Part shown: piece by piece, positions 39,168 to 50,866 of the stretch
Position numbering within the stretch: position 1 is the stretch's first letter
Layout: the number at the start of each line of letters is the position of its first letter
Source: Tubulanus polymorphus
Lineage: Eukaryota; Animalia; Nemertea
NCBI RefSeq assembly: GCF_964204645.1
Contig: NC_134027.1
Span: 20,236,560-20,300,559 of the forward strand
Direction of reading: 5' to 3'
Length of the DNA: 64,000 nucleotides
Made by a program: the position numbers and the translations under genes
Notes under the pieces: model-generated
The model's input: only the letters and a program-made list of their open reading frames with translations
Told to the model about the DNA's origin: nothing
Database searches by the model: none

Positions 39168-40174
39168 TCATTGAGCACACAGAATAGCTTTGAATTCTGA
39201 AATTAGAAAAACATGTGTCAAACAAAATGATACATTTAGATATGTTTTATAGCCGACTAACCCCGATTCCTTTCAGATATGAACACGGCTTATGGAGATT
39301 CCCATGGGGACTGGGACTGTAGGGAATGGGCGTGCACTGACCGGTGTAGTTTACGAATCCGTCCCGATCGGTGTCGGCTTCGTCGATCATTTCTTTCGCC
39401 TCGTCCTAAAAGAAACATCGAAAAGATACTTCATAATCATTATTGCAAAATATTGAAATACGTTTCAGCCAAACCTTTTCCCTATTGATTTTGGCCACAT
39501 ATTACTATACTTCTAGTATACTATTATACTCACATAGGGTACTCACATACAACCCTAGAAATAAGGGAACGCGCACTTTTTCACCCATATATACAGAAAA
39601 TCTCAAAAAGGAACTTTTTGACTTATCTTCCAGCAAAAAAGATGGTTCAATGTCTGTGTTAGTTGTGATATTTTTGATAATTTGCTCTGCACAAACGAAT
39701 TAATTGGATGGGTGGTAGGCAAAAAACTTCCAGGTTCCATGAACAAAAAGCTTTCCACAAATGGATGATATGCAAATTTAGACAAAGATGACGCACACAT
39801 TTCCCATATATATACATCCCAAACTGATGCATGACCCACCCAGCAACGTTTGTTTCAGGTGTTAAAAACTGACCAACCGCATAATGTTCTATAATATCTA
39901 GAATGGTTTAGTTATCATAAATCGGATAATCGTATGCTGAACTACCCGGTACCCACCACCCAAGACAAACAGAAACAACAATCTCCAGGCAGACGTACAT
40001 ATGTTATATTCTCTCCAAGTTTAACGAGAACACCGTAAAGTTCATCAACCGATATTTTTCCATCTTTATTCTTATCAAACACTCTGAACACGTTGTACAT
40101 CTCGGCTTCCTGGTCCGTATGCATCTTCTTATTCATCATTACCAAGAATTCGTTGAAGTCTATAGTACCGCTGT
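39168..40174 (-). CDS. Calmodulin-like EF-hand protein, last three coding exons: 39999..40174, 39342..39405, 39168..39196 (5' exons not found in window)
   Basis: GT-AG introns with consistent phase. Translation SGTIDFNEFLVMMNKKMHTDQEAEMYNVFRVFDKNKDGKISVDELYGVLVKLGENITY|DEAKEMIDEADTDRDGFVNYTE|FKAILCAQ* covers part of EF-hand 2 and EF-hands 3-4. Too diverged to be canonical calmodulin. Confidence 0.88.
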
Positions 40175-41423
40175 CTGAAATGATAGAAATTATTACTGTG
40201 ATGATACATACACGCGCTAACCAACTTCATTGATATACCTGGATATATTTAAGCGGGTGCAGCGAGTGTTGCGTTATATTCAATATTGTATAAACTATTG
40301 ATGGTAGCTTTATTAGAGAAAATGCAACGAGAAGGCTGATAGATTTGATTTCAAAGGTTATCAGGCAATTTTCAATTTAATACAAAGGCAATTTTATTTT
40401 TTGTTCTGTTTGTAAATATTCTTATGGCATGCTTTCTTATGAAATTGAAAAAAATGAAAGGCTTGTCCGAAACTTTAGAGCCGTTGACTGTGTTCTAATC
40501 TGGTTTCTCATAATGTCAAAAACCAATAACGCGAATTGTTTGTTACGGTGTTTATCGTTTATTCTCCCTTACATTTTCTATCACAACTTGAACTTAGCTC
40601 ACAATCAGGGGCATATTTGTTTAGAGTCAACCGATTAGGTTCAGTCGGATTCGCTCAAACCGGTAGGCCTACACGTTTTGTCAAACGAGGAGCGGTTTGC
40701 TAGGATCTTGAGCACTCTCCTGACTGGTTATTCCAAGATCAAGCGACTGAACCAGGATTGCTGTGTCAGACGTTATCATCAGCAGCCCTATCAACTTAGT
40801 GCATTCGTTTACATCACATAAATCGTTCTCAGCCTCTAATATAGTGGCTTACTCTTAGTAAAGGCAAATATAAACAACTGTGAAACTGGATCTGTGTGTA
40901 TCTTAGAGGGGTATTAACATGTTATACATAGAGGTCATGGTATGATATTAGCTTTCATAAACAAATTGAAGTTTAGTGTTCGTATGTATTTTTTCAGTTA
41001 TGGACTCACGATATGGCATTAGCAATTTTGACAATTGTCATGTTGAAGAAGCTGCACAAGATGAAGAGGAGATGAAAAACGAAGTCTATTATTTGATCAA
41101 AGTTTCATCTATTTTTGATATCTTACGGTAGTGTTTTCATTATGTAATCTCCGGTACTCGAAAAACGCCTAATGAAATACACCGAATCGGAAAACGCATA
41201 ACGCCTAATTCCTAGAAAATGACCTAATTTCGTAATTGCACCATCTACTGAGACTCACAATCCAACTCATCAACGGAACAGTTTGAAAATACATGTGTTT
41301 TACGCTTCACGAAACAAGACTAGTACTCTTATAAACTTCATTATAGGATGATGATAGAATGTCCGCAGTGCAAGCGATTAATTACATAACGCCATAGAAG
41401 TGTAAACTGAAGCAGTTTACACT

Positions 41424-42348
41424 TTTAGCAAGGAGTATTTTTATCTGGAACTGCGGATTGTGTTTTTATGCTTAAATATTGTAATCAATATTTTGCCAGG
41501 TCATTTGTAGCTAAGAAAACATATTTGTAGATTTTTCCTATGTCCATTAATGGATCTAACCCTTAGTCTTTGTCACTTTTACCCGGTTACCGTCTTGTTT
41601 ATTGAGTATTTTGTCTACCTAGCGAACTGGCACTATTTTCGAATAAGTGATGTAATAGCAATATAAACAACTCTCAACTCACCTGCCCTCGCAACTAGTT
41701 TAGCTCTCATCAGGTAATTAGTGTCTTAATATGTCATTAAGATTTGGATGAACCAATCGCTAGAAGTTTTGGTCACTAATTTCTTGATGGGAGTGTCTGA
41801 ATCAACTTGGTTTTTGGCAGCACAGATTTGATCACTCTGTGCCTGCTATCCAACTGATTAAGACGTAAAATAAACTGGTATTAACACATAAATTCAATCG
41901 TTTGAATTTTCAGGTGAGTTACATCCATTTTTCATAGTTAAATCTTATATATGTTTTGGCATAAATGTGTACCTAGGCTTGGCTGAGAAATCAGACCTTT
42001 ATGTAACACGTACATTTGGTACTGAGAGTCAATTTTTATAGATTAGGTATTTAATCTAAAATGACGGCTAATGATTATTTGTTTGTAGAAATAGGCCTTT
42101 GTATTAAGTATGTAGTTAAAGAAAAGTCATTGTAGGACAATCTCAGTTACGATCTGATGAAGTATGAGTAATCAAGTAGTATAATATTCGATTCTATTCT
42201 GTGTATACTGTAACTAATTATCATAACACTCTGTGCCTGCTATCCAACTGATTAAGACGTAAAATAAACTGGTATTAACACATAAATTCAATCGTTTGAA
42301 TTTTCAGTTTTTGTAAAATTGGCAACGCGCAAAAAGTCCGTTGCTAAA
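41424..42348 (+). repeat. LTR 1 (925 bp)
   Basis: TTTAGCAA...TTGCTAAA; repeated at 48742 and 56060; followed by the PBS. Confidence 0.92.
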
Positions 42349-42349
42349 A

Positions 42350-42359
42350 TGGTGGAGAA
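42350..42359 (+). promoter_or_regulatory. Primer binding site, tRNA-Ala-like (also at 49668-49677)
   Basis: TGGTGGAGAA begins 1 nt after the LTR end and is complementary to the ...UUCUCCACCA 3' end found in eukaryotic tRNA-Ala. Confidence 0.65.
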
Positions 42360-42411
42360 CCCGTTGCTAAAATGGTGAGAACCCTTTAACGATTTCCGAA
42401 ACCTCTCGCAA

Positions 42412-43548
42412 ATGAATCCTCGCTCGGTAGCACAAAACAACGGCAGGATAACAAGATCGACGACTTCGAGGAACGATCCTCTCTGGAATTTGGCTGTACC
42501 GAGCTCTCCGGTACGTCTGCAGCCCGTCGATATACGTGTGCACAGCACGGACAATCAGGAAGCGCACGCGTTAGTACGGGGCGAACAAAGCAATATGCCG
42601 AAAGTTAGTTTGGATTATTTTGGCGTCGGGTATGGTACCAATGTACCAGCCTGGTTGGATCGTTTCGACCAATATCTCAGGCTGAACAACGTACCAGCGG
42701 AGAAACACGTCGATGTGTTTTTGTATCATTTAGGGCACCATGCGGCCAATATCAAGAACAGCCTTCCGGTGGCCGACCAACTTGATATCAATAAGTTAAA
42801 GACGGCACTGAAAGAGCGCTTTCAGCCGTTGGAGGACCAGTTGCTTACGACCAATATTATGCAAGCGCAAAACGAGTCGGTGAACGATTATCTTAACCGT
42901 ATCGATATTCTCGCGTCACAATCGTCACTGACCCCGCAACAAATCGTTTCGCGGGCAATACAAGGGTTACAGCCACGAATTGCGGCGACTGTAGCTGGCC
43001 ATTTGCCCGATAGCATGCCGAAACTGCGAAAAATCGCCCTGACCGTCGAAAACTCAAGCAATTTCGTGCCGTTATCTACACCTGTTGTAGCCGCTGCTTC
43101 AACTTCAACGGATGCTGCTGTGGAGAAATTGCAGGCTCTTACAACCGTCATCGCCGAGCAGTTTCAACAGAATTTGAAAGACACCTCTGCTATGTTATCG
43201 AACCGATTTGATGATGCGATGGAAACCCTCAGATCGGAGGTATGCGCCATTGATACTCGACACATACGTCACCAAGACCGTCCGTCGTTCGACCGCGAAC
43301 AATACCGCCCACGACATTGGGCTCCTGACCACCGTCGCCAACCAAGATTTAGTCGCGGGAGAGGCCAACCAAGAGGCAGTTACAGAAATTCGTCACAGAC
43401 CCAGAACCGAAATTTCGGTTCAAGTAAGTGTATAAGGTGTTTTAAGCCAGATTGTGAATCAGAAGATTCTTGTTATGCCAAATCATTAGAATGTCGTAAC
43501 TGCCATAGAATAGGTCATGTCGTGCGTGCATGCCCCGATAGAAGATAG
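42412..43548 (+). CDS. gag: Gag, copy 1
   Basis: 378 aa; capsid-like region with Q...ESVNDY motif; CCHC knuckle CRNCHRIGHVVRAC. Confidence 0.92.
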   Translation: MNPRSVAQNNGRITRSTTSRNDPLWNLAVPSSPVRLQPVDIRVHSTDNQEAHALVRGEQSNMPKVSLDYFGVGYGTNVPAWLDRFDQYLRLNNVPAEKHVDVFLYHLGHHAANIKNSLPVADQLDINKLKTALKERFQPLEDQLLTTNIMQAQNESVNDYLNRIDILASQSSLTPQQIVSRAIQGLQPRIAATVAGHLPDSMPKLRKIALTVENSSNFVPLSTPVVAAASTSTDAAVEKLQALTTVIAEQFQQNLKDTSAMLSNRFDDAMETLRSEVCAIDTRHIRHQDRPSFDREQYRPRHWAPDHRRQPRFSRGRGQPRGSYRNSSQTQNRNFGSSKCIRCFKPDCESEDSCYAKSLECRNCHRIGHVVRACPDRR

Positions 43549-46500
43549 GGGTGCGCGCCTGTCCCGGTTCAAAGTACTCAGGACGGGCACCCACAGGTTC
43601 AACTTAAGGCTACCTTGGAACGCAATTTGACTACCATTTTTATAGGTGGTCATCGTGTCAAAGGTTTGCTAGATACCGGAGCACACATTTCGTGTATATC
43701 CAAACAATGCCTAAATAGGACTAAGTTTGCACATAGTAGGTTACATAAGTCCGATATCAAAGAAGTTGTCGGTGTGGGTGGGCATCTGATTCCTGTCTTA
43801 GGGACCATAGAACTGCCCTTGACTTTTCCCGATGTCGCTACTCCGGTCATACATACTTTTCATGTCTTTGAGAAACTCCATCAACAGCTAATTCTGGGCA
43901 TCGACTTTATGGATCAGAAAAAGGTCGATATTTTCTATTCTGATCAATGTTTTACTATGAAGGAATGTGCTCCTCAAAAACCATTACTTCTGGAAGTTCA
44001 CTCGGTTATAGCTAGGTCATCTGTTAAAACGAAATTACCCCCCAGGTCAGAATTAAATATTCCCGTTAGGATTCCTAAACGCGTAGGTAACGAGCTCGTT
44101 CTACTATCACCTCTAGATGAGCTTGCTTTCAAGAATTTTTCCGGCGCAAAATGCCTGGTTCACATTCGAAATGGTAACGCTACAATGCGGCTCATAAACC
44201 CAACCAATAAATCCATCTCCATCAGGAATAACCAACCTCTCGCCTCTGTCTCTGAACTGGATAATTCAGTACCGATTTCGTCACTTGATGAAAAAGACTC
44301 CGACCCATCTCCGGTCAATTATAACTCGGTCAACAACATGAGCTTACCCTCTGAATATACACACGACACGGCAGATACGTTGAAATTTCATACAAAAGCG
44401 CCGCCCCCTCCGCAGGAGAAGATTGAGTTTGATTTATCTCAGTCAGACATTTCTGAAGAGCAAAAGCAGGTCTTACAAAATTTCTTACATCAGAACAGGG
44501 ACAGGTTCTCCACTAACTTACATGAACTAGGATTCTCGAATATTCAACAACATCGAATTGATACAGGTGATCACCCGCCTGTGAATTCTCGCCCGTACCG
44601 CCAAAACGCCACCGTGCGAAATGAACAGAATAGACAAATCGGCGAAATGCTTAAAACTGACATTATCACTCCATCTAACTCTCCATTCCAATCCCCGGTA
44701 GTCATGGTCAAGAAGAAAAATGGGGAATACCGATTTGCTGTCGACTATCGCTAGTTAAATGAAATAACGAAGCCCATGGCTTACCCATTGCCCAGAATCG
44801 CAGATGTGATTGACTCTGTGGGAGAATCTCAGGCAAAGCTTTTTACCACGCTTGACTTAAAAAGTGGCTTCTGGCAGATCAAACTAGATCCTACTACAGC
44901 CCATAAGACAACTTTTGTAACACAGAATGGGGCGTATATGTTCAAACGCCTCCCGTTTGGTTTGAAAAACTCACCCATGACATTTCAGATGACTATGAAC
45001 GAAGTTCTTAGGGGCTTTCATTGGAAATTTGCTCTTGTATACATTGACGACATTCTCATTTATAGCAGCTCATTTGAAGAACACTTGGAACATTTACAAC
45101 TTATTTTTGATAGATTGAGAGAAGTCAAGCTAACCCTGCAACCTGAGAAGTGTAAGTTTGCAGTCAGCTCAGCCACTTATCTAGGTTTCATCTTCACCAA
45201 AGAGGGAGTGAAGGCTGATCCAAGCAAATGTGAGGCCATAAATTCTTTCCCTGAACCTAAGTGTCGAAAGGACCTCCGGGCTTTCTTAGGTTTATGCAAT
45301 TTCTATCGGCGTTTTGTTAAGGATTTCTCTCATGTATCTACAAAATTGACTCCTCTTTTGAAAAAGGATGCCAAATTTATCTGGACTGACGAACATCGAC
45401 AAGCCTTTAACCAATTAAAATCCAATCTGATATCACCCCCTATCCTGGTCTATCCTGATAATAACCGTCATTATTTCTTGTCAACCGATGCGTCAGACAC
45501 TGCTGTAGGTTATATATTGGGTCAGTTCGATGAAGAAGGCCGAGAGAGGGTCATCGCCTATGGGGGTCGCTCTCTGTCTACTCCCCAAAGAAATTGGCCT
45601 ACCCGAGACAAAGAGGGTCTAGCCATTGTTCTCGGTATAGATTCGTATCGTGAATATCTATCGGACAGGGAGTTTACCATTTTCACCGATCATATGTCCT
45701 TGACCCAACTTCTTAAGGCTAAGGATACATCACAACGTGTTACCAGGTGGGCGACAAAGTTACAAGCTTATCAATTCACCATTGTCCATCGACCGGGTAA
45801 GCAGAATTCCAATGCCGATGGGGTGTCCCGACGAGATTACCCTCCCATTGAAGATGACAGCGATCATGACGATTTTCCCGCCCCACTTGGGGCCATTCTA
45901 CCGTCAACTCGGTCAGACGTTTCAGTCTCTGCTAGTCGCATAGGTGAAGGCCTATCCAGCCACCCTAATGTTACTCCGAATGTTACTCCAAATGATGATT
46001 CGATAAGAACCTGGTTGGAGACGGAACTAATGTATGAACAGGATTTACCCCCTGCAGTTTCGTCCCTTCAAGATGTAGATTTCCGGTCAAAACAATGCAG
46101 CTCTCCAACTTATGGACCCATGATTGCTTTCCTTGAGAATGGTACCTTACCCTCAGATCCAAAACTGGCTAAATGGATAACAGCTGCAGAACACCTATTT
46201 CATATGTATGACGGTATTTTGTATCGTGATTTTCGAAGCAAAAAGGAAAAGTTGGCCAGTGTCGTCGCTCAAATCGTCGTCCCGGAAGACCTTCAGTTGC
46301 ATATCTTGGTAGCTTATCATGATTGTTGTGCTGGGGGTGGCCACGCAGGTATCCAAAAAACATATGACGCTATCAAAACCAAATATTTTTGGCGAAATAT
46401 GTATCGGGATGTGGTCCAATATGTGCAGTCTTGCGTGTCTTGTCAGCAATCAAAGGTTAATCCACACGCAAAACCCCCTCATCTGACAAATCTGCCCATT

Positions 46501-47735
46501 GAGGACACATTCGGGCGTTGGCATATCGACTTCCTGGGGCCACTTCCTGAGGGAAAAAATGGCGAGAAACATATTTTGCTCGTAGCTGATAGCTTTTCGC
46601 GCTGGCCCGAAGCATTTGCATTAAAATCACAAGAGGCATCAGAAGTGGCAAAGGTTTTATATAATGAAATTTTTGCCCGATACGGTGCTCCGAGGTCACT
46701 TGTTTCAGATCGTGGAAAATGTTTTCTCGCTAAACTAGTTTTATCTATCTGCGAAATGTTTCAAGTTAAAAGATATCACACATCTGCTTACCACCCCAAA
46801 CAAATGCATCCTGTGAGCGCACTAATAGGTCAATTGCTCAGATTTTTCGTTCCTATATAAGCGAGGACCAGACTGAATGGCCCGATATACTATCTAGTGT
46901 TCTCATGGCTCTACGTGCTTCCCCATCGTCTCACACGACTGGCTTTTCTCCATTTCATGTCTTATTCGGAACGGATATGTCACTACCTATTGACACTACT
47001 CTAATTCCGAAAGAGAATTTGGCTAAAACTGTGCAGGAACACATTGCACGCAAGCAAAGGCATTTGAAAGTAGTCAAAGAAATCGCTACTCAGCAAACTG
47101 AAAAGCACCAGTTACGCAACAAAGAACTCCATGATAAGCATGCCTCGACACCAGATTACCAAGTCGGTCAAAAAGTTTGGTTGTTGCGTAAGCACACTAA
47201 GAAAGGAAAGTCTAAGAAATTCATGCCCAAATTTACAGGCCCATATAAAATTATAGCGTTAGGTAAAAATTTTACCTACTTTCTCAGATGTTGTCGAACA
47301 AACAAAGACCTGCCTTCAGCGGTGAATGCTTCCCGCCTCAGTACTTTTGTAGACCGGGCTGATTACCCGCATCTACTACCTCAGCTCGAGAATGAGAGTA
47401 CACATGACGACTCGGTAACGGATTCTCAAGTCATGCACCCTCAAAGATCAGTTACACCTGACATTCAGGACAATGAAACAGACACAGCATTTGATGCTAC
47501 AAGACAGTCCCTGCAAGAGCCGACCACTGATAAGACTTTCTTTCCAATTGATAAGATTTTAAAGATGCGTACTAGATCTGGCATTATAGAATTCTACGTA
47601 AAATGGTCCAGTAAATCTCCAAATTCTTGGCAACCCTCTGATAATCTTACCCAGGCGGCCAAGGACGAGTTCTTCCGTACCCACACGAGACAGGGTAAAA
47701 CGCGAAAACGAAGGTCCTGTTTCAAGAGATCATAA
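43549..47735 (+). pseudogene. pol: Pol (PR-RT-RNaseH-IN-chromodomain-like), copy 1, with a premature stop and a frameshift
   Basis: LLDTGA; FAVDYR*LN (TAG 44752-44754); LDLKSGFWQ; YIDD; TDASD; HHCC; DFLGP...SDRG; 1-bp frameshift near 46798 in the expected YHPxTNASCER; GPY/F motif KFTGPYKI. Confidence 0.92.
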
Positions 47736-48730
47736 CTCGATTTTGCTGTTTCACCTGTGATTGGAGTATTTTTTTTTTTTAGGAGTTTGGCACGAAAGAG
47801 ACAACTAATATGTGCTATGAGTTGTGCGCACAACTCTCCTTTCGCGTCTCTTGCTTGAAATAGCAGGTGTCATACTCCTAGGTTGAATTTCTTTTTATTA
47901 GGTGGAACAAATTTTCGAATACTGGAATTTGTTGAAGGATTTTTCGTGATTAGTCTCTTCCCTCGGCGAGCTCTGACTTATCTCGTGCGGGATGTTTCTC
48001 TCGTGTCCGCCTGGATCGGGTGCAACTTACGCGGTCCGTTAGTTGCCACCCCACACCGGTCAACTTGAATCGTCGTGACAGGTTATCTTGAATTTTGTGC
48101 AATGCGTCTTCAAAGAGAATGAATCTGTGGTTGTCTAAATTTTGTTGGGTTATTGATTAATTATATTCCGTCAAGGGTTACCTTCAGTTAAAATACTACA
48201 TGTCAAGTTTTCGAGTATAATATGGATCTGGCGTACTATTTACCCATGTCATGGAACTTGTATTACTTTCATGGTACAGATCATGGTACATAGTTATATT
48301 ATGAAAGAAAGAAAAAATGTATATCCTATGTTTTATAGTATTTTTTAATGCGCCGATGTTGCAGCTAAATGGTGGCGGTGATTTTTCTGTATCTGTGAAT
48401 TTTTTTTTTTACTATATCTATGATTTGATGAGTATTTCATATTTTTATATGATAAGGATTATTAATGTTACTACACCTGGATTCGGGTTAATTTTTCTAA
48501 TATAACAATATCGATGAGTCACTGTCTATTGTTAGGTGATTATGTTGATTGTTGCTGATGTTTTGCCATGTATTTACCCTTTTAGTATTATAAGAATTAT
48601 GCAATGGAATAGGAATGTAAGTTTTTAGAGATATATTGCAGGACTTATGTTGAATGAGATGACTTTATATTTTTACCTCCCTAGGCTTGTGTGTTAATTT
48701 TCTGCTTTTGTGGACAAAAGCTTGAATATA

Positions 48731-48741
48731 GTGTGGGAGAG
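48731..48741 (+). promoter_or_regulatory. Polypurine tract (also at 56049-56059)
   Basis: GTGTGGGAGAG directly abuts the downstream LTR. Confidence 0.65.
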
Positions 48742-49666
48742 TTTAGCAAGGAGTATTTTTATCTGGAACTGCGGATTGTGTTTTTATGCTTAAATATTGT
48801 AATCAATATTTTGCCAGGTCATTTGTAGCTAAGAAAACATATTTGTAGATTTTTCCTATGTCCATTAATGGATCTAACCCTTAGTCTTTGTCACTTTTAC
48901 CCGGTTACCGTCTTGTTTATTGAGTATTTTGTCTACCTAGCGAACTGGCACTATTTTCGAATAAGTGATGTAATAGCAATATAAACAACTCTCAACTCAC
49001 CTGCCCTCGCAACTAGTTTAGCTCTCATCAGGTAATTAGTGTCTTAATATGTCATTAAGATTTGGATGAACCAATCGCTAGAAGTTTTGGTCACTAATTT
49101 CTTGATGGGAGTGTCTGAATCAACTTGGTTTTTGGCAGCACAGATTTGATCACTCTGTGCCTGCTATCCAACTGATTAAGACGTAAAATAAACTGGTATT
49201 AACACATAAATTCAATCGTTTGAATTTTCAGGTGAGTTACATCCATTTTTCATAGTTAAATCTTATATATGTTTTGGCATAAATGTGTACCTAGGCTTGG
49301 CTGAGAAATCAGACCTTTATGTAACACGTACATTTGGTACTGAGAGTCAATTTTTATAGATTAGGTATTTAATCTAAAATGACGGCTAATGATTATTTGT
49401 TTGTAGAAATAGGCCTTTGTATTAAGTATGTAGTTAAAGAAAAGTCATTGTAGGACAATCTCAGTTACGATCTGATGAAGTATGAGTAATCAAGTAGTAT
49501 AATATTCGATTCTATTCTGTGTATACTGTAACTAATTATCATAACACTCTGTGCCTGCTATCCAACTGATTAAGACGTAAAATAAACTGGTATTAACACA
49601 TAAATTCAATCGTTTGAATTTTCAGTTTTTGTAAAATTGGCAACGCGCAAAAAGTCCGTTGCTAAA
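48742..49666 (+). repeat. LTR 2 (shared central LTR)
   Basis: Same sequence as LTR 1; preceded by the PPT and followed by the PBS. Confidence 0.92.
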
Positions 49667-49729
49667 ATGGTGGAGAACCCGTTGCTAAAATGGTGAGAAC
49701 CCTTTAACGATTTCCGAAACCTCTCGCAA

Positions 49730-50866
49730 ATGAATCCTCGCTCGGTAGCACAAAACAACGGCAGGATAACAAGATCGACGACTTCGAGGAACGATCCTCT
49801 CTGGAATTTGGCTGTACCGAGCTCTCCGGTACGTCTGCAGCCCGTCGATATACGTGTGCACAGCACGGACAATCAGGAAGCGCACGCGTTAGTACGGGGC
49901 GAACAAAGCAATATGCCGAAAGTTAGTTTGGATTATTTTGGCGTCGGGTATGGTACCAATGTACCAGCCTGGTTGGATCGTTTCGACCAATATCTCAGGC
50001 TGAACAACGTACCAGCGGAGAAACACGTCGATGTGTTTTTGTATCATTTAGGGCACCATGCGGCCAATATCAAGAACAGCCTTCCGGTGGCCGACCAACT
50101 TGATATCAATAAGTTAAAGACGGCACTGAAAGAGCGCTTTCAGCCGTTGGAGGACCAGTTGCTTACGACCAATATTATGCAAGCGCAAAACGAGTCGGTG
50201 AACGATTATCTTAACCGTATCGATATTCTCGCGTCACAATCGTCACTGACCCCGCAACAAATCGTTTCGCGGGCAATACAAGGGTTACAGCCACGAATTG
50301 CGGCGACTGTAGCTGGCCATTTGCCCGATAGCATGCCGAAACTGCGAAAAATCGCCCTGACCGTCGAAAACTCAAGCAATTTCGTGCCGTTATCTACACC
50401 TGTTGTAGCCGCTGCTTCAACTTCAACGGATGCTGCTGTGGAGAAATTGCAGGCTCTTACAACCGTCATCGCCGAGCAGTTTCAACAGAATTTGAAAGAC
50501 ACCTCTGCTATGTTATCGAACCGATTTGATGATGCGATGGAAACCCTCAGATCGGAGGTATGCGCCATTGATACTCGACACATACGTCACCAAGACCGTC
50601 CGTCGTTCGACCGCGAACAATACCGCCCACGACATTGGGCTCCTGACCACCGTCGCCAACCAAGATTTAGTCGCGGGAGAGGCCAACCAAGAGGCAGTTA
50701 CAGAAATTCGTCACAGACCCAGAACCGAAATTTCGGTTCAAGTAAGTGTATAAGGTGTTTTAAGCCAGATTGTGAATCAGAAGATTCTTGTTATGCCAAA
50801 TCATTAGAATGTCGTAACTGCCATAGAATAGGTCATGTCGTGCGTGCATGCCCCGATAGAAGATAG
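49730..50866 (+). CDS. gag: Gag, copy 2
   Basis: Translation identical to 42412-43548. Confidence 0.92.
   Translation: MNPRSVAQNNGRITRSTTSRNDPLWNLAVPSSPVRLQPVDIRVHSTDNQEAHALVRGEQSNMPKVSLDYFGVGYGTNVPAWLDRFDQYLRLNNVPAEKHVDVFLYHLGHHAANIKNSLPVADQLDINKLKTALKERFQPLEDQLLTTNIMQAQNESVNDYLNRIDILASQSSLTPQQIVSRAIQGLQPRIAATVAGHLPDSMPKLRKIALTVENSSNFVPLSTPVVAAASTSTDAAVEKLQALTTVIAEQFQQNLKDTSAMLSNRFDDAMETLRSEVCAIDTRHIRHQDRPSFDREQYRPRHWAPDHRRQPRFSRGRGQPRGSYRNSSQTQNRNFGSSKCIRCFKPDCESEDSCYAKSLECRNCHRIGHVVRACPDRR

Noticed and set aside
41833-41945. Idea that the LTR repeat plus donor is a captured spliced-leader RNA gene
   Set aside because: No convincing Sm site after the donor and no resemblance to SL exons I know; the AATAAA and LTR context fit an R-region model better.
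47736-48730. ~1-kb region between pol and the LTR as a possible env
   Set aside because: Only short T-rich ORFs; no signal peptide, furin site or TM architecture.
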